A stretch of DNA of 32,000 bases from Pseudoalteromonas translucida KMM 520 (GTDB lineage: Bacteria; Pseudomonadota; Gammaproteobacteria; Enterobacterales; Alteromonadaceae): positions 1,200,001-1,232,000 of the forward strand of contig NZ_CP011034.1 in NCBI RefSeq assembly GCF_001465295.1. Reading direction: 5' to 3'. Positions 9,038 through 17,337 of the stretch are shown here, piece after piece. The notes under the pieces were generated by a model, which saw nothing but the letters and a program-made list of their open reading frames with translations, made no database searches and was not told where the DNA came from. The stretch's first letter is position 1, and every line of letters starts with the position of its first letter. The translations under genes were made by a program, and so were the position numbers.

Positions 9038-10078
9038 ATGCCAAATAAAAACAGCCACCGTATATCCCTCGTCAATAATAAAAAATGGCAATACAGTTAC
9101 GAGCAACCAATTTCGTATGCTCCTTTAGTGCAATTAAAAAATAATAATTGGGTTGTTCCACAGCATTTTTTACGCTACCAACACACACTTGAAAGTGTTA
9201 ATACAGTGCTTGAAAATATCGACTTTTCGGCGCACTTTAGAGTGGTTGCTGCCCAGCAAAATGAACAGCTTTACTTACAAGTGGCAGTGCTTAGCCCAGA
9301 CAACTATTCAAATAATTCAAATAGTGAATCAAATAGTGAATCAAATAATACTCGCGCCAAAAAATTATTATTTGGTAGGCGCTGGTTAGTAGAAAAAAAT
9401 CTACCAACCTCAGAGCTTATTCAAACTGCGTTTTTAGCACTTAAAATAGCACGGGAACACGAAGTGCGAGAGCTGTTGCAGTTAACGCATAAAGGGGCAA
9501 CAAGTACGCCATTTAATAACCACCACGACTTGTCATTAATGGCGAAAAACCCTGAGCTGGTAAGTAATAAGAGTGACCAAGCGAGCGCTCAATCAGTAGC
9601 TAAACGGCTAATATTTGCCGGTATGGGCATAGTGATTAAAAATCATCAAGTAATAACCAGTGAGCAGCATTTATATACGCTTGAGCTTAATTGTAGTGAT
9701 TGCCAATTAAATGAGTTTAATAATAAAAGCATGGCATTTTTAACAACCGATACGTCGGCAAATAGCTTTTTACATGGCTTTATTACAGCGCTTGTAGCCA
9801 TTAGTAACGAGCATGTAAGTGAGCATTTTAAATATAAAAATTTTGCACGCTTTAGCAAACAGGTAATGGCCGAGCAAATAGGGGAATTAAGTATAGCTAT
9901 ACGCTCGCCAGACGCGGTAGGCTTGTGCTCTATGGGTAAGCAGCATGCTAACCAATTAAACTTTGAAATAGACAGCACCCGAGCACCACAAGGCTGCGGT
10001 CAGGTTATTGGTGGTTTTTTAGCTGCCCACGGTATTGAGCAGCCAGAAAACGCTCATTTATATGAAAATTATTTATAA
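9038..10078 (+). CDS. Hypothetical protein (346 aa) with an internal Asn/Ser-rich low-complexity insert
   Basis: Long uninterrupted ORF in its own intergenic context. I recognise no family and see no obvious SD before the ATG. Confidence 0.6.
   Translation: MPNKNSHRISLVNNKKWQYSYEQPISYAPLVQLKNNNWVVPQHFLRYQHTLESVNTVLENIDFSAHFRVVAAQQNEQLYLQVAVLSPDNYSNNSNSESNSESNNTRAKKLLFGRRWLVEKNLPTSELIQTAFLALKIAREHEVRELLQLTHKGATSTPFNNHHDLSLMAKNPELVSNKSDQASAQSVAKRLIFAGMGIVIKNHQVITSEQHLYTLELNCSDCQLNEFNNKSMAFLTTDTSANSFLHGFITALVAISNEHVSEHFKYKNFARFSKQVMAEQIGELSIAIRSPDAVGLCSMGKQHANQLNFEIDSTRAPQGCGQVIGGFLAAHGIEQPENAHLYENYL
9320..9343 (+). repeat. Perfect tandem duplication of the 12-bp unit AATAGTGAATCA, flanked by degenerate AAT-rich units
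   Basis: Units at 9320-9331 and 9332-9343 encode the SNSESNSE stretch of the 346-aa ORF. Confidence 0.9.
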
Positions 10079-10315
10079 CTTATTTATTTCTTGTTTTACG
10101 TCAAAACTTGAATCGGTAACTATGGTTTCAAGGGTTTGCACACGCTCTTTTAATGCTTGAACTTGTGCACTTACTTCAGCAAGGTGCTTATTAGCATCGC
10201 TATTATTATTTTGCATACGGTGTTTAAATTCTAAATGTTTTTTGTACATATCGTATATAACTCCAGAGCCAACAGATATAAGTACAATTAATACAATCAT
10301 GGTAGTGCCCGACAT
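10073..10315 (-). CDS. Small single-pass membrane protein with C-terminal coiled coil, PspB-like
   Basis: 80 aa with an N-terminal TM segment (MIVLIVLISVGSGVIY). The segment LKERVQTLETIV resembles the PspB segment MRERIQALESIL. No pspA or pspC is adjacent. Confidence 0.5.
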   Translation of the reverse strand: MSGTTMIVLIVLISVGSGVIYDMYKKHLEFKHRMQNNNSDANKHLAEVSAQVQALKERVQTLETIVTDSSFDVKQEINKL

Positions 10316-10500
10316 AACCGCTTCCTGTTAATTACTTTGGTTAAAGTATAACCGTAATACATTTACGATAAAGCGCCTAATTGTAACTTTATTTTTCTAA
10401 ATGTTGATTGCCGGTGTGCTGGTAGTGTATACATTGGCTATATTGTGTAATGATTAAGCAAAGAGTTTGCCCCTTGTATTAACTAATTAAGTGAGCTGCT

Positions 10501-10950
10501 ATGTTAAATAATAAAATTCCTCCACTTGTTGTTGTGCTTTTTTTTGCATTAATAATGGCCTTAATTGCACATTATAGTGTGATTGATTTTAGTGCCTTTA
10601 TTTTATATTTAACGGTGAGTTTAGTAACTATAGGCTGCGTGTTTTGTATTGCCGGATTGGTTAGTTTTCGTTTGGCAAGCACCACAGTAAACCCAAGTAA
10701 ACCAGAACAAGCAACAAATTTAGTTACCAGTGGCGTTTACAGGTTTTCTCGTAACCCTATGTATGTGGGTTTTGTATTTATACTACTAGGGTGGGGTATT
10801 TGGTTAAGCTCGTTATGGGCACTTTTGTGTGTGGCGGGGTTTATTGCCTACTTAACACTATTTCAAATTATTCCTGAAGAGCGGGCGCTTACGAAGCTCT
10901 TTGGCGAGGATTACACCCAATACAAAAACAAAGTAAAACGCTGGCTATAA
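10501..10950 (+). CDS. Isoprenylcysteine carboxyl methyltransferase (ICMT/PEMT) family membrane protein
   Basis: 149 aa with 4 TM segments. The motif RFSRNPMYVGFVFILLGWG and the C-terminal EERALTKLFGEDYTQYKNKVKRW are typical of this family. Confidence 0.8.
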   Translation: MLNNKIPPLVVVLFFALIMALIAHYSVIDFSAFILYLTVSLVTIGCVFCIAGLVSFRLASTTVNPSKPEQATNLVTSGVYRFSRNPMYVGFVFILLGWGIWLSSLWALLCVAGFIAYLTLFQIIPEERALTKLFGEDYTQYKNKVKRWL

Positions 10951-10952
10951 GC

Positions 10953-10982
10953 AATAACTAAATAAACAATAACTAAATAAAC
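10953..10982. repeat. Perfect tandem duplication of the 15-bp unit AATAACTAAATAAAC
   Basis: Units at 10953-10967 and 10968-10982, immediately after the ICMT-family stop codon. Confidence 0.9.
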
Positions 10983-10992
10983 AAGCACCCAT

Positions 10993-11017
10993 AAAAAAAG
11001 GCTATCGATGATAGCCT
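10993..11017 (-). terminator. Rho-independent terminator of queC (weakly bidirectional)
   Basis: Stem AGGCTATC(10999-11006)/GATAGCCT(11010-11017). On the minus strand it is followed by a 7-nt T-run (the A-run at 10993-10999 on plus). Confidence 0.65.
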
Positions 11018-11028
11018 TAATAAACTGT

Positions 11029-11685
11029 TTATTCGTATTCTAGCGGGTCGGTTAAGTTATTGACCTCAAATGCTTCTAAGCGCTCTTGGCATGCTCCACA
11101 TTTACCACAGGCTTTTTCACGGCCGTTATAACAGGTCCATGTTTGACTGTAATCTAAGCCCATTGCAATACCATCGGTTAAAATATCAATTTTAGTATTG
11201 TTTAAATACGGGCTAAAAATTTCTACGGCATCGTAGTTGGCAATGCGGCACACATCATCCATTTTTTGCACAAATTCAGGACGACAATCAGGGTAAATAG
11301 CATGATCCCCAGAGTGGGCACCATAATAAACTTGGCTCGCTTTAAGCGACACTGCATAACCTACCGCTAAAGACAGTAAAATCATATTACGGTTTGGCAC
11401 TATTGTGCTTTTCATGCTGTCTTCTTCGTAATGACCTTCTGGCACGTCAATATCATCAGTTAAAGATGAGCCGCCAATAATTTGATTAATAGCCGAAATA
11501 TCAACAATTTTGTGTGGCACATTTAATTGCTTACATACCTGGGCTGCCACTTTAAGTTCTTTTACATGACGCTGACCATAGTCAAACGATAAGGCATAAA
11601 CATCATGTCCTTGTTGCAGGGCCTTATTTAATACGGTAAATGAATCCATACCGCCGGAATAAATAACTACTACTTTTTGCGTCAT
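11029..11685 (-). CDS. queC: 7-cyano-7-deazaguanine synthase QueC
   Basis: 218 aa with PP-loop [10 protein letters not shown] and the C-terminal zinc cluster [22 protein letters not shown]. Confidence 0.95.
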   Translation of the reverse strand: MTQKVVVIYSGGMDSFTVLNKALQQGHDVYALSFDYGQRHVKELKVAAQVCKQLNVPHKIVDISAINQIIGGSSLTDDIDVPEGHYEEDSMKSTIVPNRNMILLSLAVGYAVSLKASQVYYGAHSGDHAIYPDCRPEFVQKMDDVCRIANYDAVEIFSPYLNNTKIDILTDGIAMGLDYSQTWTCYNGREKACGKCGACQERLEAFEVNNLTDPLEYE

Positions 11686-11819
11686 ATCTGGTTTTGCTCT
11701 TTAGTTTTAATAGAGGTTTATATCAGGGCACGATATACTACATGCCCACGGCATAAATAACAATTTTTGCGCTGCGCTATTTAGTCCTTAATGGTAGCAA
11801 TTTTGCTGCTTGATCGTAA

Positions 11820-12497
11820 GTGAGTTCTCTTTTGTACAAAATAAATGAAGTGTTTGAAACCATCCAAGGTGAAGCTAGTTTTACTGGTACACCGTCTATA
11901 TTTTTGCGTTTGCAAGGTTGCCCAGTAGGGTGCTCTTGGTGCGATACAAAACAAACATGGGATGTTGATAATGTGTACAAAGTGTCGCTTGACGAAACAG
12001 TAGAAAAAAAGGCCGACTCAGATCATTGGGCACAAGCCAGTGCAGCAAATATATTAGCGTTATTTCAATCACGTGGTTATACCGCAAAGCATGTGGTGAT
12101 CACAGGTGGCGAGCCTTGCATGTACGACTTAAACCCAGTGTGTAACTTATTACACGAAAACGGTTTTAGCACGCAAATAGAAACCAGCGGCACCTTTGAA
12201 ATACTTGCCCCAGCGCAAACTTGGGTTACCGTATCGCCAAAAATTAATATGCGCGGCGGTTTTGAGGTACTTACAACCGCCATGCAGCGCGCCGACGAAA
12301 TTAAACACCCTATTGCCATGCAAAAGCATGTAGAGGAGCTAGAAGAGCTGTTTGCTAAAACGGGTGTAAATCCTAAATTGGTTTATTTACAGCCTATTAG
12401 CCAAAAAGAGTCTGCAACTAAATTGGCTATTAAAACCTGTATTGCTAAAAACTGGCGCTTATCAATTCAAGTGCATAAGTATTTAGGGATTAGTTAA
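11820..12497 (+). CDS. queE: 7-carboxy-7-deazaguanine synthase QueE (radical SAM)
   Basis: INEVFETIQGEASFTGTPSIFLRLQGCPVGCSWCDTKQTW closely matches the QueE N-terminus, including CxxxCxxC-type cluster ligands. The start is GTG at 11820 or TTG at 11832. Confidence 0.93.
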   Translation: MSSLLYKINEVFETIQGEASFTGTPSIFLRLQGCPVGCSWCDTKQTWDVDNVYKVSLDETVEKKADSDHWAQASAANILALFQSRGYTAKHVVITGGEPCMYDLNPVCNLLHENGFSTQIETSGTFEILAPAQTWVTVSPKINMRGGFEVLTTAMQRADEIKHPIAMQKHVEELEELFAKTGVNPKLVYLQPISQKESATKLAIKTCIAKNWRLSIQVHKYLGIS

Positions 12498-12522
12498 TAC
12501 CTGCTCCACATAAAGCTATATT

Positions 12523-12556
12523 ACGTAGGTCGGATAAGCGAAGCGCCATCCGACAC
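12523..12556 (+). repeat. REP-type palindromic element, copy A
   Basis: ACGTAGGTCGGATAAGCGAAGCGCCATCCGACAC with stem GTCGGAT/ATCCGAC. It closely resembles enterobacterial REP consensus forms (GTAGGYCGGATAAG...CATCCGRC). Confidence 0.75.
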
Positions 12557-12653
12557 CCTTAATTACATCTACCCTAAAGCTTACTTCGTTAATAGTGCTT
12601 ATTAGTTTACTATGCGCCACCCAAATTACTTACCCTTTAATAATTAGGCCAAT

Positions 12654-13397
12654 ATGTCCGCAAATGCTTTATATACAGATCTCTCTGGTTACTATGATTT
12701 AATGTGTGCTGATATAGATTATCAAGCTCAAAGCCATTTTATTAAACGGTTACACCAAATTTTTGGTAATGGCGCAAATACACACCTAGATTTAGCGTGT
12801 GGCACAGGCCCACATGTACGGCATTTTATTAATTTTGGCTATACAAGCAGTGGCCTCGACATTAATCAACCTATGCTAGATAGAGCCGCTATTCGCTGCC
12901 CAGAAGCGCAATTTACATTGCAAAATATGAGCGAGTTTAGCGTAGCGCAGCAGCAAGATTTAATTACCTGTTTTTTGTATTCAATTCACTACTGCGATGG
13001 CATTGAAAAATTAAAAGCATGTATCATTAGCGCACATAACGCACTAAAAACCGGTGGTATGTTGTGTTTTAACGCGGTTGATAAAAATACTATAAATAAC
13101 GATTCATTTGTAAAACATGCAGCGACTAGCGAAAATAGTTTATTTACCTTCAGCTCTGGTTGGCATTACAGTGGCACGGGCGAAAAACAGTCGCTAAAGT
13201 TGCGTATTGAAAAAGTCACAAGCGCTGAAACATTCATCTGGAACGACGAACACCCCATGGTGGCGCTTAGCTTCACTGAGCTAAAAGCCGTTTTGCAGCC
13301 TTATTTCGAAATCCATATGTTTGAGCATAACTATGAGCAAATAACCCCGTGGAATGGCAATTCGGGCAATGCTATTTTTGCTTGCGTAAAAATTTAA
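12654..13397 (+). CDS. Class I SAM-dependent methyltransferase (TylM1-like small-molecule methyltransferase fold)
   Basis: 247 aa with an N-terminal YYDLMCADIDYQAQ segment, motif I HLDLACGTGPH and post-I SSGLDINQPML. Confidence 0.8.
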   Translation: MSANALYTDLSGYYDLMCADIDYQAQSHFIKRLHQIFGNGANTHLDLACGTGPHVRHFINFGYTSSGLDINQPMLDRAAIRCPEAQFTLQNMSEFSVAQQQDLITCFLYSIHYCDGIEKLKACIISAHNALKTGGMLCFNAVDKNTINNDSFVKHAATSENSLFTFSSGWHYSGTGEKQSLKLRIEKVTSAETFIWNDEHPMVALSFTELKAVLQPYFEIHMFEHNYEQITPWNGNSGNAIFACVKI

Positions 13398-13407
13398 GAC
13401 AAACGAC

Positions 13408-13440
13408 GTTGGTTGGGTAGAGCGCAGCGAAACCCAACGA
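13408..13440 (+). repeat. REP-like hairpin, sequence variant
   Basis: CGTTGGTTGGGTAGAGCGCAGCGAAACCCAACG with stem GTTGGGT(13412-13418)/ACCCAAC(13432-13438), about 10 nt after the methyltransferase stop. Confidence 0.55.
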
Positions 13441-13480
13441 ATAGCCACATCCCCAATAATCCCGCATTATATATTTGAAA

Positions 13481-13514
13481 ACGTAGGTCGGATAAGCGAA
13501 GCGCCATCCGACAC
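13481..13514 (+). repeat. REP-type palindromic element, copy B (identical to copy A, same orientation)
   Basis: 34/34 identity with 12523-12556. Confidence 0.75.
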
Positions 13515-13580
13515 AGCCAAATTCCTTGCTAATTATTATCAGCATTTTGCATTATCGAACGGTTGGAGAACAACCGTTAA

Positions 13581-13709
13581 TTAATCGTGATGGCTGAAGT
13601 CAAGATTTGCCCCCCCTTTGTGCTGACCCCCTTTGTCTCCACTGGCGGCATTTTTTACATGACCTTGTTGAGCGGTGGCAATTTGTGCCGATATTTTATC
13701 TAGTGACAT
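13581..13709 (-). CDS. Candidate 42-aa small protein with a KGG-type stress-protein motif
   Basis: Hand translation of the minus strand gives MSLDKISAQIATAQQGHVKNAASGDKGGQHKGGANLDFSHHD. DKGGQHKGG resembles the KGGQHSGG repeat of YciG/YmdF-type general stress proteins. There is no clear SD, and it is below the ORF-track length cutoff. Confidence 0.35.
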   Translation of the reverse strand: MSLDKISAQIATAQQGHVKNAASGDKGGQHKGGANLDFSHHD

Positions 13710-13818
13710 AGTATTAACTTATCAATGGCTTTATCTTATAGTATAAAAATTCTACTCTATCGGCAGTAAAAAAGCTGGCGAAAAACAGTTGCCGCTAAAA
13801 CACAAAAGCAGGAAAACC

Positions 13819-14280
13819 ATGAAAACACTGTTAATTGTTGCCCATGCGCCCTCTAAAAATACCCAGTTAATGGTTAATGCTGTTTTGAGAGGGGCACAGC
13901 ACCCTGATATTGAGCAAGTACAAGCTCGCTGGATATCACCATTAAACGCCACACCTGAAGATGTATTAGCTTGCGATGCGATAATTATGGGCACGACAGA
14001 AAACCTCGGCTATATGAGTGGTGCGTTGAAAGATTTTTTTGACCGTTGTTATTACCCTTGCCTAGACATAAAACAGGGTTTGCCTTGTGCATTATATGTT
14101 CGTGCTGGTAACGATGGTACTGGTACTTGCCGGGCAGTTGAATCAATCTGTAGCGGCTTGCGTTGGCACTGGGCTCATCCGCCCTTAGTGTGTCGTGGTG
14201 ACTGGCAACCAGCGTTTATTGACCAATGCGAAGAGTTAGGTATGACCATAGCAGCCGGACTTGATGTGGGTATTTATTAA
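13819..14280 (+). CDS. Flavodoxin-like fold NAD(P)H-dependent oxidoreductase family protein
   Basis: MKTLLIVAHAPSKNTQ followed by AIIMGTTENLGYMSGALKDFFDR is typical of flavodoxin-like FMN reductases. ATG at 13819 is preceded by AGGAAAACC. The ORF-track start at 13789 looks like an upstream extension. Confidence 0.75.
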   Translation: MKTLLIVAHAPSKNTQLMVNAVLRGAQHPDIEQVQARWISPLNATPEDVLACDAIIMGTTENLGYMSGALKDFFDRCYYPCLDIKQGLPCALYVRAGNDGTGTCRAVESICSGLRWHWAHPPLVCRGDWQPAFIDQCEELGMTIAAGLDVGIY

Positions 14281-14382
14281 TGAGCCAAAACACTGAATAA
14301 GCCGCGCGGTTTACCCAGCTGAGTATATTTACTCACGCCAATATGCTAAGGTTTAAAGTAAAATAATTGTAGGATAAACAAA

Positions 14383-14625
14383 ATGTTAGCAGAATCAGAA
14401 TATACGATGAATAACTTGTTTGCGCAATTAGGATTAGACAGTTCGGATGGCGCCATTAATGAGTTTATCGAAAAAAATCAATTAGCAGCAGGCGAATCAT
14501 TAAAAGAATCTAAGATTTGGAATGATAGCCAACGCACGTTTCTCCAAGAGGAGTGGGATAAAAACAGTATGTGGACTCAAGTCATCGATGATTTAAATTT
14601 ATTTTTGTCAAACGTCGCTGAGTAA
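14383..14625 (+). CDS. DUF2789 family protein
   Basis: 80 aa. NLFAQLGLDSSDGAINEFIEKNQL ... IWNDSQRTFLQEEW ... WTQVIDDLN matches the pattern I recall for DUF2789. AGGA lies 8 nt upstream of the ATG. Confidence 0.7.
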   Translation: MLAESEYTMNNLFAQLGLDSSDGAINEFIEKNQLAAGESLKESKIWNDSQRTFLQEEWDKNSMWTQVIDDLNLFLSNVAE

Positions 14626-14755
14626 AAAAGTACTGTAATTATCAGATAATAAATATGTCGATCTTGGGCGTAGCAAATGTAGCGCACCGCTCAGGCGGCT
14701 AATAGTTGCTGTGAGTTCGCCTTTCGATGAAAAGTATAATTTAATAAATACCCAC

Positions 14756-14787
14756 AAAAAAGCGTTGCCCTTGAGCAACGCTTTTTT
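14756..14787. terminator. Bidirectional rho-independent terminator between the DUF2789 gene and bcp
   Basis: A-run, stem AGCGTTGC(14761-14768)/GCAACGCT(14775-14782), then T-run. Confidence 0.7.
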
Positions 14788-14829
14788 ATGTCTAATTTCT
14801 AACAGCGAGTAACTTACTCTGCCGCTAGC

Positions 14830-15309
14830 TTATTCTGCTGCGAGATAATCCAACACTACTTGATGGTGATCTTTGGTTTTAAACTTATCGAACAGGTGTT
14901 TAATTTTGCCGTCTTGACCGATTAAAAATGTCAGGCGGTGAATACCATCGTATTCTTTGCCCATAAATTTTTTGTAGCCCCAAATTCCAAATGCGTCTGC
15001 AATGGCATGATCTTCATCTGAGAGTAAATCGAAGTTAAGTTCTTTTTTAGTTTCGAAGTTTTTAAGGCGTTTAATTGGATCTGGGCTTATGCCTACTACG
15101 CGGGTGTTAAATTTTGCCAGCTCTGCTTGCTGGTCGCGTAAATTTTCGGCTTGTACGGTACAGCCAGGTGTTGACGCCTTAGGGTAAAAGTAAACCAGTA
15201 CCTGTTGCTGTTTTAACAACTCGCTTAAGGTAATTGTTTCGTCGTTTTGGTTTTGTAAGCTAAAAGCGGGGGCGTTATCGCCGGCTTGTAATGGGCTGAT
15301 TTTGTTCAT
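14830..15309 (-). CDS. bcp: Thioredoxin-dependent thiol peroxidase (peroxiredoxin Bcp)
   Basis: 159 aa with VLVYFYPKASTPGCTVQA around the active-site Cys. It is near-collinear with E. coli Bcp. Confidence 0.95.
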   Translation of the reverse strand: MNKISPLQAGDNAPAFSLQNQNDETITLSELLKQQQVLVYFYPKASTPGCTVQAENLRDQQAELAKFNTRVVGISPDPIKRLKNFETKKELNFDLLSDEDHAIADAFGIWGYKKFMGKEYDGIHRLTFLIGQDGKIKHLFDKFKTKDHHQVVLDYLAAE

Positions 15310-15323
15310 ACTTGCTCCTTAAT

Positions 15324-15860
15324 TTAACGAATACGTCTAAATATATAGTCTACGTTGAGAAGGTGAGAAAGTTTTTCAAAACTAATTTTAAATTGGTCTA
15401 CATCTACTTCAACAGGAATATTAAACTCTAGTTCACAACGCATTCTCATTACTGCTTCTTCGTCATCATAAGTGTCTGACTTTAGTGAGCAAATAATAAT
15501 ATTGTTGTCTGCAAAAAAGCGCGTAACTTTACTCAAAGTACCGGGTGTGTCGGTGCCTGTGTATTCTAGTGTGTAACCGGCGCGAAATGCTCCTTGGTTA
15601 TGACTTGCTGTGCGCTTCATCATAGTGAGCAAACCCAGTTCCATCGCTTTAGTTGGTAGGGTGTGCTCTATGCGGCTAATGGCCGACATGTCACCGCTAA
15701 GTAGCATGATGAATGTAAATTCGTTACCTAAAATAGCAATACGGCTATCTATTATATTACAGTGGCAATCGCTTACTAGCTGAGTTAACTCACTAACTAT
15801 GCCAGACCTGTCTTCGCCAATAGCTGTTAAAACAATTTGATGATTTGAGTGTGCAGTCAT
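15324..15860 (-). CDS. gcvR: Glycine cleavage system transcriptional repressor GcvR (tandem ACT domains)
   Basis: IVLTAIGEDRSGIVSELTQLVSDCHCNIIDSRIAILGNEFTFIMLLSG closely parallels E. coli GcvR. gcvR-bcp adjacency is as in E. coli. Confidence 0.92.
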   Translation of the reverse strand: MTAHSNHQIVLTAIGEDRSGIVSELTQLVSDCHCNIIDSRIAILGNEFTFIMLLSGDMSAISRIEHTLPTKAMELGLLTMMKRTASHNQGAFRAGYTLEYTGTDTPGTLSKVTRFFADNNIIICSLKSDTYDDEEAVMRMRCELEFNIPVEVDVDQFKISFEKLSHLLNVDYIFRRIR

Positions 15861-16213
15861 GGGTTTAAATACCTAAGTTACTTGAATTACAACAGCGCAG
15901 TTGGCAACACAAAAAGTAAACACATAAAGTTGCGTGGCGGCGAAGTTTAACACAAAAACGCGTTTAAACTACACAGGCTGCTAATTTAGCAGTTTAAAAG
16001 TACAGTGTTTCTTGTTTTTACAAGCATGGGAAAGTACCATAGCCCAAATGTGTCTATTTGTTGCTTACTTTTGTTAACAGAGGTGAGTATTAAGCAACCA
16101 GACAACCAAATTATAACTGTAAAGTTAATATTGATTTTACACTGAACCAAATCGGCATTACCCACTCATATACTTGTTAAAACAATTAAAGGGTATGCTA
16201 AGGAGAAATATCT

Positions 16214-17272
16214 GTGCAGTATTGGATCCCAAAAGCACTAACAGTAAGTGTATTGGTAAGTTTATCAGGATGTAGTGTATTTACGAATGATGCACATGAC
16301 GAGCGTAATTATCGCGCTCATGAAGCAGTAAAAGTGCCTGCATCGTTATCACAACCCGCTCAAGATCCAACATATAAAATGGATGTAGGCCAATATAGTA
16401 ATAATCCAGATGCTACAAATTACCGTCCGCCTGCTCAAGTACTTACAGTAGCAAAGGGTAGTTGGGTTGAAGAAACAGATAAAAACGCCCGTGTTTATTT
16501 TGATAAAAACGATGGCATTGATGACCTAGATGAGTTTATTTGGGAATCTATTAATGCGGTTTTAGCCGACAATAACACGCAAGCGACGAAAGCAGACAAG
16601 CTATTAGGCGTTATAGAAACAGATTGGTACGCTATTATTAAACCAGAAGAAAGCTGGTTATGGGATAGCGGTGAGAGTGTTGATTTAGAACGTTTTAAAT
16701 TTACAATTGAAGAAAAATCGCATCAGCGTACGGCTTCATTAAGTGCTGAACTTATTGACTTTAAAGGTGATGAGCCTTTAAGTGATTTATTTAAGCAACA
16801 GTTAGAAGTGCGTGCACTTAATCAAGTTATTAGCGAGTTTGATTATCGTTATCGTCAACTTGAAGTTGATATGCGCAAACGCCAAGGTATTATTTCTTTA
16901 GAAATGGGCTTTGATAACAAAGGTAATGCAGCGCTTGTAACTGAGCAGTCGTATGAAGCTGTATTTGACCGTTTTTCAGGGTTTTTAGAGCGCTTGTCGT
17001 TCACTATTGTAGAAATTAACCCTGATACAGGCTTAATTACCGCAGATTATAAAAAACCAGAGTCAAGTGTATGGGATTCTATTTGGGGTGACGAAGTAAC
17101 CCAATTACCTATTGATGAAGGTCAATATCAAATATTAGTAAGTAAAACCAAACAAGGCGGCACTAGCCTAACCTGGATGGATGAACAAGGTGATACGCTT
17201 GAGCCAGGTACTATGAATGGTTTACAGCAAGCATTAGTGGCTGCACTCATTCAGCGCGGTATTAATATTTAA
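16214..17272 (+). CDS. bamC: Outer membrane protein assembly factor BamC (NlpB lipoprotein)
   Basis: GTG start preceded by AGGAG and a lipobox LVSLSGC. The segments YRPPAQ, ETDWY and the C-terminal GQYQILVSK...LTWMDEQGDTL are shared with E. coli BamC. Confidence 0.85.
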   Translation: MQYWIPKALTVSVLVSLSGCSVFTNDAHDERNYRAHEAVKVPASLSQPAQDPTYKMDVGQYSNNPDATNYRPPAQVLTVAKGSWVEETDKNARVYFDKNDGIDDLDEFIWESINAVLADNNTQATKADKLLGVIETDWYAIIKPEESWLWDSGESVDLERFKFTIEEKSHQRTASLSAELIDFKGDEPLSDLFKQQLEVRALNQVISEFDYRYRQLEVDMRKRQGIISLEMGFDNKGNAALVTEQSYEAVFDRFSGFLERLSFTIVEINPDTGLITADYKKPESSVWDSIWGDEVTQLPIDEGQYQILVSKTKQGGTSLTWMDEQGDTLEPGTMNGLQQALVAALIQRGINI

Positions 17273-17288
17273 TAATAATAAACATTTA

Positions 17289-17325
17289 CCACAAAAAGAG
17301 CACTTTGCTCTTTTTGTGGTTTTTA
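17289..17325 (+). terminator. Rho-independent terminator after bamC
   Basis: 14-bp stem CCACAAAAAGAGCA/TGCTCTTTTTGTGG with loop CTT, followed by TTTTT. Confidence 0.75.
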
Positions 17326-17337
17326 TAGGTTAAAAAT

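Noticed and set aside
11686-11819. Possible preQ1 riboswitch in the queC-queE divergent spacer.
   Set aside because: I recognised no preQ1-I/II-like hairpin with an A-rich tail. The spacer is short and looks like plain divergent promoters.
14640-14720. GC-rich patch between the DUF2789 gene and bcp that looked REP-like.
   Set aside because: Only a 4-bp stem (CCGC/GCGG) could be found, and it has no similarity to the 34-nt REP copies at 12523 and 13481.
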